From the NCBI GenBank assembly GCA_049513715.1, contig JBEKVV010000002.1:224001-288000 (forward strand): 64,000 nt of DNA. The letters run 5' to 3'. The translations under genes were made by a program, and so were the position numbers. The notes under the pieces were generated by a model, which saw nothing but the letters and a program-made list of their open reading frames with translations, made no database searches and was not told the DNA's origin. Below, piece by piece: positions 50,052 through 58,593 of this stretch. Within the stretch, counting starts at the first letter, position 1, and each line of letters starts with the position of its first letter. Origin of the DNA: Candidatus Bathyarchaeia archaeon (GTDB lineage: Archaea; Thermoproteota; Bathyarchaeia; 40CM-2-53-6).

Positions 50052-50663
50052 TCAGATGGGTAGGGTTCCAAGGCCGCGGTGGCGCACGTGTTTCCCGCCT
50101 TGCCCTTTGAAGCGCTCCTCGTCCCAAATGTTTCCACGTTCATGGTATCCAACGTTTTCCCAATACCCGTCTTCGTACTCCGCGAGAAACTCGATTCCGG
50201 TGAGCCATTTCGCGCTCTTCCAACCGTAAAGATGAGGAATGAACGGTCTAACAGGGAAACCCTGCTGAACAGGAATCTGCTTGCCATTCATCTTCAAAGC
50301 TATGAGTGAATCCTCGACCAGGGCATCCTCAAGCGGTACGGGGGTTGTGTAATCGTCAGCGCAACGGAACATTACCCATTTCGCTTCAAGCTTGACGCCG
50401 CTCATTTTGGCAAGCTCGCGAAATGCTACACCCTCCCACACAACATCCTTGATGCTCCAGGTTGTAACACAATGAAAGTCCCTTGTGAGTTTGAGTTGTG
50501 GAAGGTTCTCTAGTTCGGTGAAGCTCAGGTTTAGCTCTCTTTCAACCAATCCACTTGTGGTTAATCGCCAAGCTTCTATGTCAATGCGAGGGACACCAAA
50601 TGCTGCATATATTGCCCACCGCCTCGCTAAGGATTGGCCTGGTGGCACGGGTGTCTGCATCAA
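50052..50663 (-). CDS. Sulfite oxidase-like molybdopterin oxidoreductase
   Basis: [30 protein letters not shown]. Confidence 0.92.
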   Translation of the reverse strand: MMQTPVPPGQSLARRWAIYAAFGVPRIDIEAWRLTTSGLVERELNLSFTELENLPQLKLTRDFHCVTTWSIKDVVWEGVAFRELAKMSGVKLEAKWVMFRCADDYTTPVPLEDALVEDSLIALKMNGKQIPVQQGFPVRPFIPHLYGWKSAKWLTGIEFLAEYEDGYWENVGYHERGNIWDEERFKGQGGKHVRHRGLGTLPI

Positions 50664-50812
50664 TTGATTCTCCTGGATGTTTTTCAGGCATCTAAATCAT
50701 CACCTTGTGTGGGGTTGCTAAAAACTTCTCTTGGCCCTTATTCTGGGGGTCACACACAGCTATGATTGCATCGGGACTTGATCATGGGTACGTGAAGGCG
50801 CTTCAACCACTA

Positions 50813-50860
50813 TTAGGTGTGGTACACTCAAAAGGGGGTGTGGTACACCCTCACACCTAA
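50813..50860. repeat. Nested direct/inverted repeat in a divergent intergenic region
   Basis: GGTGTGGTACAC at 50816-50827 and 50837-50848; TTAGGTGTG (50813-50821) / CACACCTAA (50852-50860). Confidence 0.8.
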
Positions 50861-50877
50861 GCAGCGAGGGCATTCGA

Positions 50878-51441
50878 TTGAAGGTAATCGACCTAACGCA
50901 AGCGTTCTCTTTGGACCTTCTGGTTCATACTCCGCATAGCGGTACTCACGTCGACGCACCCGCGTACCTCTTCAGAAACGGGAAGACAATAGACCAGTTT
51001 GGCCCGGATGCGTTGTTCAAAGACGCTGTACTGCTCGACTTGACGCACACGAAGCCTGGAGAGCAAATTGATGATGAGGACTTGGAGGCGGCTGAAGAAG
51101 AGGCTGGCGTGGGTGTGAGAGAAGGCGAGGCAGTCATACTCTACACGGGCTGGGGCGATGCCGAGCAGAATGATCAGCAGTATCCGTTTCTGAGCGCGAA
51201 CGGCGCGGAGTATTTGGAATTCAAACGCGTCGGCGCTGTGGGTGTGGACACACCCAACCTAGACGACCCATTGGACAAGGGTTCCCCAGCTCACACCGTT
51301 CTACTTCGAAGTGGGATCCTGGTCCTGGAGGAACTGTGTAACTTGGATCTAATTGAAACCGAGAGATTTCGGTTGATCGCCCTACCTCTGAGGATAGGGC
51401 TAGCTTGCTCCCCAGTCCGAGCGGTTGCCGTCGTCGACTAG
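50878..51441 (+). CDS. Cyclase family (kynurenine formamidase-like) protein
   Basis: HSGTHVDAP, GVDTP, H..LL, EEL.NL, SPVRAVA. Confidence 0.88.
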   Translation: MKVIDLTQAFSLDLLVHTPHSGTHVDAPAYLFRNGKTIDQFGPDALFKDAVLLDLTHTKPGEQIDDEDLEAAEEEAGVGVREGEAVILYTGWGDAEQNDQQYPFLSANGAEYLEFKRVGAVGVDTPNLDDPLDKGSPAHTVLLRSGILVLEELCNLDLIETERFRLIALPLRIGLACSPVRAVAVVD

Positions 51442-51488
51442 AATGAAAGAAAGAAAAAGGCGGGAGAGCAGTAGGCGCGTTTGTTCGC

Positions 51489-52397
51489 TTATTGCTCGGT
51501 TTTTTCGGTTTTTTCCGTGTTTTGTTCAGTGGTCTTGCTTGTTGTTGTCTTGCTTGGGGCTTTCTCTCTTCCTTTGAATACCAGCGCAATTCCAAGTATG
51601 ATCGCTATGATTACCAAAACACCTGATGTGATTCCGAAGGTCAGGACGTTGTTGTGCGTTGAGGCGAGCTGGTTGTTCAAGTCAGAGATTGTGGCGTTTT
51701 TCTGTGAAACCTGGTTCTGTGCGTTTTGCAGGTTCTGTTGGAGTTGTTGGTTTTGAGACTGAGCTTGGCTCAGTTGTTGCTGAAGTGCTTGGTACTGCGA
51801 TTGGAGGCTGATGTATTCGGGAGTCGTGGCGTTGATGTACGAGAGTGAACCTAGACCAGAATCAGTTGAGGATGTATAGGAGGTAGAGTATGATGGGTAT
51901 GAGTAGTAGGGGTACGAATAATAGCTGTCGTAGTATGGGTAATAGTAATTGTAGTCATACGGGTAACTCGAATAGTAGTTGTTGGCATAGCTTGGCATGA
52001 CACTCTCTGACACAAAAGCGATCAGAGAGGTTCTTGGTGCGTCCGCTGGGGCAGTTGCCTGAATGTCCTTGTTGATCTTGTCGCCATTGTTCATGTTCAT
52101 GTTGCTAGCAACAGTGGCTGTGGTCACTGAGTGAAGACTAGTTCCGTCTCCGTAGTAGACTTGGAGCGTTAGGCTTTGAAGGGTGAAAGTGTTCTTCGCG
52201 CTTGCCTGAACATTGACCGTAATTGTTTGACCCGGATTGATTTGTGACGGATATCCCAATTGCACGTTAAGATAGGTCAAGCTAACGTTGTTAGTCACTT
52301 GAGTGGGTTGGGCTTGTGCTGATTGACTCAAAGCGAGTGCGGAAATCGATGACAACGCGATAAGGAGAACGAGAAGTATTGCAGTTTGTGTTTTCAT
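51489..52397 (-). CDS. Secreted, membrane-anchored protein with Tyr-rich tract and Gln-rich coiled coil
   Basis: Signal peptide; YYSSYPYDYNYYYPYYDSYYSYPYYSY; QQQLSQAQSQNQQLQQ; C-terminal TM. Confidence 0.8.
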   Translation of the reverse strand: MKTQTAILLVLLIALSSISALALSQSAQAQPTQVTNNVSLTYLNVQLGYPSQINPGQTITVNVQASAKNTFTLQSLTLQVYYGDGTSLHSVTTATVASNMNMNNGDKINKDIQATAPADAPRTSLIAFVSESVMPSYANNYYSSYPYDYNYYYPYYDSYYSYPYYSYPSYSTSYTSSTDSGLGSLSYINATTPEYISLQSQYQALQQQLSQAQSQNQQLQQNLQNAQNQVSQKNATISDLNNQLASTHNNVLTFGITSGVLVIIAIILGIALVFKGREKAPSKTTTSKTTEQNTEKTEKTEQ

Positions 52398-52623
52398 GGT
52401 TCTTCACGAGTCGGGCTACTCGCGACCGATATGAAGTTTCCTCTACAAATTCCAAATTGGCACTTTCCACTACAGAGAGCCGGTAGTGTAGATTCAGTGA
52501 AATCCCTGCGACCGCACTGGGAGGGGCGCGGTAAATTCAAAGTTACAGTGCGTCCTACACGAGGTAGTGCCCTTTCACAAAGCCCGAACACTAGGCTGCG
52601 CGTGCTCATTGCTTGTAGACTAG

Positions 52624-53496
52624 TCAGTAGCCCATTGATTGGGCAATGCGGTCAAGGCGGGCAATGCGCTTAGCCGTTGAAGGGTGCGTTGAGAAGATTC
52701 CCGTTAGGAGGGAGCCCTTGAACGGATTGATTATGTACAGTGAGGAGAGTGCAGGGTTAGCCTTACTTTGAACTGGCCTATGTTTGGCATACATCTCTAT
52801 CTTTTCAAGTGCACTCGCGAGAGCTCGGGGCTGTCCTGAGAGTTTGGCGCCACCTTCATCCGCCGAATATTCCCGAGTCCGAGAGACGGCAAGTTGCACG
52901 AGCATAGCGGCAACGGGCGCGAGCACCATCATCAACAACAGGCCGATCACGTTTCCTTGTCTGTCGCGGCTGCTGTAACCTCCACCCCCATAGCCGAAGG
53001 CGCCTCCCATGAACCAGCCCCACTGCGCAAGGTAACTGATTGCACCAGCTACCGTTGCTGCAATGGTTGTGGTCAATGTGTCCCAGTTTCTAACGTGTGT
53101 CAGCTCGTGCGCCAAAACGGCCTCCAGTTCTTGGTCGTTTAGGATGCTCAATAGACTGGTGTGGACTGCGACGGTGGCGTTGTTGGGGCTTCGGCCGGTG
53201 GCGAAAGCGTTCGGAATCGCACTGTTGACCATTGCAACCTTGGGCATCTTCGTTCCCGATGCAGCTGTGAGGCTTCGGAGGGCGGAGTAGACTCGTGGTG
53301 CCTCTTCCTCGGTTACTAAGTGTGCACCACCCATCTTCAAAACGAACTTGTCGCTAAACCAGTAGATGATCAAATTCATGAAAGCTGCAAAACCCAGGGC
53401 TAACAGTGGCGACAACCCTAGCAAGTATGCAACCGCAAACAGTATGCCCGTGAGGATTCCGATTAGTAGAGTGGTTTTGATGAATGTCCAGACCAT
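52624..53496 (-). CDS. htpX: Membrane Zn protease HtpX
   Basis: PNAFATGR, AVLAHELTH, SRTREYSAD, FSTHP; ATG 53496 preferred as start. Confidence 0.93.
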   Translation of the reverse strand: MVWTFIKTTLLIGILTGILFAVAYLLGLSPLLALGFAAFMNLIIYWFSDKFVLKMGGAHLVTEEEAPRVYSALRSLTAASGTKMPKVAMVNSAIPNAFATGRSPNNATVAVHTSLLSILNDQELEAVLAHELTHVRNWDTLTTTIAATVAGAISYLAQWGWFMGGAFGYGGGGYSSRDRQGNVIGLLLMMVLAPVAAMLVQLAVSRTREYSADEGGAKLSGQPRALASALEKIEMYAKHRPVQSKANPALSSLYIINPFKGSLLTGIFSTHPSTAKRIARLDRIAQSMGY

Positions 53497-53757
53497 GATG
53501 GTTTTCCCTCTGTTTTTCGTTACCAAAGGTAACAAGATATAAACTTGCCGCCAACTAAGAGCGCGGAACCACGCGTAGTTCTGAAGTTACGGGGCAGTTT
53601 TTGTCGCCCACATTTTGAAAGTGGGGACCGGAAATTGCGATGATGAAAACGCTGTGACTCGCGATTATTCCCCAGAGGTTGTGCTGGGAATCACCAGGAT
53701 TGCGGGAGTATGCGCGTTGGACAGGCATTAGTGAAGGTGGTACGTAGTTTTGCCGTT

Positions 53758-54681
53758 TTACCTTCGGGCTACGATTTTCTCGGCTTCTTGGTAAACTGGT
53801 AAGCCGTCTTTGGGATCGGATCGAATCTTGACGAATGCGTCCATGATTCTCCTTGTCGTCGGGCCTACCTTCCCGTCTCCGATCAATATTCCCTTAACTT
53901 TCACGAGTGGAACTATTTCGGATAGTGTTCCTGTCAGGAATGCTTCGTCTGCGTTTGTCACATCGTAGGGCGTGAGCCCCTTCTCCAACATGTTGAATCC
54001 GAGTTCTCGCGTAAGTTTGATGATGCGTCTTCTCGTGACGCCTGGAAGGATGCCTGCGGTTGAGGGTGGGGTGAAGATTTCGCCGTACTTGATGATGAAG
54101 AGGTTTGTGGTCGTTGCTTCAGACACGAACCCGTTGCGGTCTAGCATGAGCGCATCGTCAGCGCCCGCGTCTAGTGCCTCTTGTTTCGCCAACACGCTGT
54201 TGAGGTAGTTCAGGGACTTAATCTCGTGCGTGGTGGCATCTACGGCGTCGCGGCGCACAGACGATATAATGACCGAGATGCCTTTCTCTTTCGCCATTGC
54301 ACCGAAAGAAGGATCCGCATATTGCGTAATGATTACGACAGAGGGTTTGCGGCATTTTCTAGGGTCGACACCCAAGTCGCCTACACCCCTCGTTACAACC
54401 AATCGAATGTAGGCGTCCTTCAATCCATTCCTTTTGACCGTTTCAACAATTGCCTTCGTCATTTCCTCCGGCGAGAGTGGGAGTTGTAGCCTGATAGATT
54501 TGGCGGAGCTGTATAGGCGTTCGAGGTGTTCCTTGAACCGGAATATTACACCATTGTATACTCTGATTCCTTCGAAGACTCCGTCACCGTAGAGTAATCC
54601 ATGGTCGAAGACGGAAACTGACGCTCGTGATTTGGGCACCCATTCACCATCGACGTATACGATCGGCTCTTTTACGAGCAA
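53758..54681 (-). CDS. ilvE: Branched-chain amino acid aminotransferase
   Basis: DHGLLYGDGVFEGIR, KSLNYLN, ILPGVTR, ADEAFLTGT. Confidence 0.95.
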   Translation of the reverse strand: MLVKEPIVYVDGEWVPKSRASVSVFDHGLLYGDGVFEGIRVYNGVIFRFKEHLERLYSSAKSIRLQLPLSPEEMTKAIVETVKRNGLKDAYIRLVVTRGVGDLGVDPRKCRKPSVVIITQYADPSFGAMAKEKGISVIISSVRRDAVDATTHEIKSLNYLNSVLAKQEALDAGADDALMLDRNGFVSEATTTNLFIIKYGEIFTPPSTAGILPGVTRRRIIKLTRELGFNMLEKGLTPYDVTNADEAFLTGTLSEIVPLVKVKGILIGDGKVGPTTRRIMDAFVKIRSDPKDGLPVYQEAEKIVARR

Positions 54682-54841
54682 GGGCGGTCCCGTCGGTCTA
54701 AGCGAGAATCGTATAAAATGGTTCCTTCAGTGCGTCGGGGGCACAGCAAAGTTGCGAACGTCTACTTCAGATTCAACCCATGGTTCGCAATGAGGCTCAA
54801 TAAGACAGATTAAACGGGGTGTTGAAAGGCTGCGCTTGCTT

Positions 54842-54986
54842 GGGCCGGTAGTTCAGCTTGGTTAGAAGGCGCTTGCCTGGCCTGAACGTTGCCCTTACAC
54901 GGCAAAGGTCGCCGGTTCGAATCCGGTCGAGTCGCAAAATGGACGAGTCGGCGACAAAACCGGCGAAAGTCCGGTCCGGCCCACCA
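54842..54986 (+). tRNA. tRNA-Val: tRNA-Val(TAC) with two BHB introns (22/23: 54866-54884; 59/60: 54922-54969)
   Basis: Spliced product GGGCCGG TA GTTC AGCTTGGTTA GAAC G TTGCC CT TAC AC GGCAA AGGTC GCCGG TTCGAAT CCGGT CCGGCCC A CCA; central helices GGTT/GGCC and TTCG/CGAA. Confidence 0.9.
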
Positions 54987-56913
54987 ATTTTCTTTATGAC
55001 AATGAATCGCCGAATCTTTCTAGAACAGTTTGTCTTTGTCCATGAGCATTTCGCTCTCTGAGTATCTTTGGCCATACATTTTCTTTATGATAAGGAAACG
55101 CCTTGCTCTCTCCATGAGTGGTTTCTCGAAGATTTCGATTACTCCGTCGAAGAAGTCGATGATGGTTTGAGTTTCCTCTTTGGTCGTGGTCAATGGGTTG
55201 AGGGTCGCTATGATCGTGAACTCCTCAGCCTTTCGTTTTCCAACAAAATCTGCTAACCACCTCCGGGTTATAATGGACTTATAGCGGAGCAACAGATCTG
55301 ACAAAATGTCTATGATCATGACCCGCTTGGTTGCCTTTTCCTTTGCCAAAATATCCTTGAGGGCTAGACCCAACGATATGGTGGCGTCGCTAAGATTCTC
55401 AATGCTTGGTATCTTCAGCAGGTTCGGGCCATGGGATGAGATCTTGTCGGCCTGCGGGCAGAGAGCGTAGAACCCTTTCGGGTACCTAGACGCCATGTCT
55501 TCTGTCCTGCGAAGATCGTTTGAAACGAGAATCGCTAATCTTCCAGATGATAGGGCTGAGTTCATTACTTTCCTTAGGAGCAGGTCCCTCTCGTCAAAGG
55601 ACGGAGAAACAATGACAATACTGAATTTCTCAGGGATTCCTCCCTCCAGCGCTTTGTCTAAATCCAAGTAGCCTGTCGAGATGATTGGTTGAGCTTGAAT
55701 AGCCTGTGCCTCGGTGGCTGGTTGAGATGCAAAGGCCTTTCTCGGTGACTCTTGGACTGTAGTTGGGTGTTCTTGTTTCGACGTGGCTGCTGGTTTCCTT
55801 CTTCTTGCGAAGACTAAGACGAATGCGACTACCACGACCGCGGCAATCGCTAATAGCAAACCCAAGTTTCCAAATGGAAGACCAATTTGGGAGATCGTGG
55901 TTGTCAGCGTAAGGTTGGTGAGCTTTGTGGTGGGTGCGGTAGCGTAGCTGACGGACGAAACCGTCGTTGGGAAAGGTCTCTGTATTGACCAAGTGCCCGC
56001 AACTGAGTCAAGGTTGAAATTCCAGAGCCATGCAATGAATTTGCCGGCGTTAGGGGCCACCCAGTCAACCGAGCCCATGGGGCCGTTCTTAGAGAGGAGC
56101 ACGGCTGAGGATGAGAAGGAAGGGCCAGTCCCCGCGCTATTACAGCCATAGTCACCTGTGGCAAATTGAGGAAATGCGGTTGTGATGTAGAAATTGACCG
56201 GAAGATTGCTCTTAGTTGTCCACTGCATGTGATAACTCAGCCCCGCTATTGCATTAAATGCCTGATGGGCATTGGCCCCTTGTCCGCAGACATTGAGCGC
56301 GAAGTCAACAGGTGCGGAGACGCCAACATAGCTAGACGTTGTCTTTGTCTCATAAAGGGTCGTGGTCGGGTAGGTGTAGAGTCCTGTGGTCGTGACTTGG
56401 GTTGTGAAGGTTACGTAGCTTTGGCCCGACACGTTCATCGGTGCAACAGTGACTGCTGGAGCTAAAGCGAGAATCAGCATAAAGGCGAACGCAATGCGGG
56501 ACTGCATGAATAGGCCTCCTAGGGATCGCATTAACCATGCTGCATCAAGTTGGATTTCTGATTTGTGTTATGATCGAGGTTGCTAACACTGCAAATGATC
56601 TATTTCTGATATGAAAACCGAGATAAGGTTCGGACTCTTCGTGCGCGCGCCATAAGACCTGCACTGGCCTTGTCAAGTTGAAAGCAGCTAGGAGATTGTC
56701 TGCTCCGTTACCCAGGTTCCCAAATAAATCTGATATTCACCGTTAGCCCTCGATCTGGGAAATGCTTCGCTAATGCCCACCGCAACCAGCGTTCATTGGT
56801 TACGCCAACAAACCGATATGCCAGTTGGAATATTAGTTAGAAAAGTTGTTTGAAATGTCAACCGCTGGGTTGGATGTGACCCAGCGCAAGGGTGAGTCCG
56901 GTCCGGCCCACCA
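54968..56913. mobile_element. Integrase-less islet bounded by 19-bp direct repeats of the tRNA-Val 3' end
   Basis: AGTCCGGTCCGGCCCACCA at 54968-54986 and 56895-56913. Confidence 0.7.
55020..56531 (-). CDS. Single-pass protein with cytoplasmic degenerate KaiC/RAD55-like ATPase domain
   Basis: Signal peptide, ectodomain, TM followed by RRRK; ISTGYLDLDKALEGGIP, Walker A eroded to SPSFDERD, IIDILSD, FDGVIE, RFLIIKKM. Confidence 0.8.
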   Translation of the reverse strand: MRSLGGLFMQSRIAFAFMLILALAPAVTVAPMNVSGQSYVTFTTQVTTTGLYTYPTTTLYETKTTSSYVGVSAPVDFALNVCGQGANAHQAFNAIAGLSYHMQWTTKSNLPVNFYITTAFPQFATGDYGCNSAGTGPSFSSSAVLLSKNGPMGSVDWVAPNAGKFIAWLWNFNLDSVAGTWSIQRPFPTTVSSVSYATAPTTKLTNLTLTTTISQIGLPFGNLGLLLAIAAVVVVAFVLVFARRRKPAATSKQEHPTTVQESPRKAFASQPATEAQAIQAQPIISTGYLDLDKALEGGIPEKFSIVIVSPSFDERDLLLRKVMNSALSSGRLAILVSNDLRRTEDMASRYPKGFYALCPQADKISSHGPNLLKIPSIENLSDATISLGLALKDILAKEKATKRVMIIDILSDLLLRYKSIITRRWLADFVGKRKAEEFTIIATLNPLTTTKEETQTIIDFFDGVIEIFEKPLMERARRFLIIKKMYGQRYSESEMLMDKDKLF

Positions 56914-56963
56914 TCTGGTTCTGATAGTACGCACACTACTTTTCAGCGGTCGCAGATATGTTA

Positions 56964-58376
56964 CTACTCTTCATCTCGTCGTTTTCTGCAGAAAAAGAGG
57001 ACGGCGGCAATTATCGCTATGAATCCGGCGAGTGCCACCACGATCCCTGCAATGGGTTGCAGGATAGTGCTGATGGTGGCTTTCTCGGGAGCGAGACTCA
57101 TGTCGCCGGAGGTTAGAAAGAGATGTTCGGTTTGGCCCACGCCTAGCGTTCCGTCATGGTGTCGCGCTACCAGGGCATTGCCGATATTCGTTGCCTTGCT
57201 CACGAATAGGTGAAACGCAGTGTTGCCTCCGGCCGTTATCACGAGTTCGTAAGTGCCGTTAGGGTTCACGATTAGGAGGTCTTCTGAAGAGTTGTGAGTG
57301 ATCGAAGCATTGGGGATTCCTTCGACACGGTTCCCTGTTTGGGGGTCGATTCCAAGAGCTCTTTGTTTTGCGTCATATATTGTGAGGTAGGCATACAGCG
57401 ACCTGAATTCGGCGTAAAGATAAGTTTCAGCGATGGGATCAGGCAGATGTGGTCTATCCACCACACCGGCTGAGATTGCGGATATGTAGGCACCCTGATC
57501 TGATCCATGTTCAGACCAATGAAATTCCCTGCTCGTATCATTCCATATCAGGTTCATTGAGGATTCGCCTGTAGCTAACAGAGCTGAACAATCACTCAGT
57601 AGGAGGCAGTGAATCGCGCTCACGGAACCATCGTGCCAGAATCCGTCGGCAGATTCAACCAGGATCGGCCCGAAAGTCCCAAAGGTGTCATTCCTGAAAA
57701 CTGCAATTGCCGAATTGACCATCCCGACTATTACTAGCTCGAATGGTGAATGACCCCATGGGGGCGCTTTTTCGAGAACCGTACTAATGTAACATGGGCA
57801 GTTTACTGAACTTGGAATGTCCCAGGTTATCGCTCCGAGATTATTTGACATCTGAAGAACGTACTTTGAGCCTTCGTTCGAAACATGAGAGTAGAAGATG
57901 AGTGATTGAGGGAAGGGAACCGGAGTTGTGTAGAACAGAGCGCGACACTGATCAGTGATGCTCGATTCAGGTTCACATAACACAGGTTGACGTACTGTAG
58001 AGCTGTTCCAAACTTGGAAGGTGAAGGTCCCGTAATAAATCGTACTCGCAAGCTTAGCGAACTCAACCGTGTTCTGGGCCCATAACACAGAGTTCCCTAT
58101 CGAATCAGATATCCAAAAATTCTGCTGGACGGAGAAGCAATCTACACGTTGGGGCCTCAAGCAATCTTCGATCGGACGCTGACCAAATGTAGAATAAGCG
58201 TCCGCTATCCCGATAGTTATCTTACTCCAGACGGAGACCGCTTCATGGCTTGGGGTTGTGAATGGGATTCTTTCGAAGGAAATTGCCGGCTGAAACGAAA
58301 AGAGGACGGCTAACAATAAGAGAGCTCTCTTTCTTCCGGTTGTTCTCGTAAGACTGCTCGAACCCCATCCTTTCAT
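56964..58376 (-). CDS. Membrane-anchored thermopsin-like protein
   Basis: FSVQQN, LWAQN, QVWN, FELVIVG and TGES..NL resemble thermopsin motifs; signal peptide and C-terminal TM. Confidence 0.6.
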   Translation of the reverse strand: MKGWGSSSLTRTTGRKRALLLLAVLFSFQPAISFERIPFTTPSHEAVSVWSKITIGIADAYSTFGQRPIEDCLRPQRVDCFSVQQNFWISDSIGNSVLWAQNTVEFAKLASTIYYGTFTFQVWNSSTVRQPVLCEPESSITDQCRALFYTTPVPFPQSLIFYSHVSNEGSKYVLQMSNNLGAITWDIPSSVNCPCYISTVLEKAPPWGHSPFELVIVGMVNSAIAVFRNDTFGTFGPILVESADGFWHDGSVSAIHCLLLSDCSALLATGESSMNLIWNDTSREFHWSEHGSDQGAYISAISAGVVDRPHLPDPIAETYLYAEFRSLYAYLTIYDAKQRALGIDPQTGNRVEGIPNASITHNSSEDLLIVNPNGTYELVITAGGNTAFHLFVSKATNIGNALVARHHDGTLGVGQTEHLFLTSGDMSLAPEKATISTILQPIAGIVVALAGFIAIIAAVLFFCRKRRDEE

Positions 58377-58459
58377 CCGATGTCACCAAGTGATCTTCAA
58401 GAAGTCTTATACAATGTTGACGTTCAGGCTTTTTCATCAGGGAGTATGGAGGGCCTCAT

Positions 58460-58580
58460 TTGATCGACGAGGATATGCGGGCGATTGTCGGAGGGCAACA
58501 CCATGTTTCGCTGCTACGGTCTCCCATGATGGCCGCCCTAACTTATCGCTAAAGGGAACTATCAGGGTTTGGGATCGGCT
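58460..58580 (+). pseudogene. Fragment of a pyridoxamine 5'-phosphate oxidase-like FMN-binding protein
   Basis: MIDEDMRAIV, then a frameshift to CFAATVSHDGRPNLSLKGTIRVWD, then truncation. Confidence 0.6.
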
Positions 58581-58593
58581 TATTGTAGTGGTG

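Noticed and set aside
50813..50860. Mini CRISPR array
   Set aside because: Only two 12-bp units with a 9-nt gap, and no cas genes; no CRISPR-like array was seen anywhere in the window.
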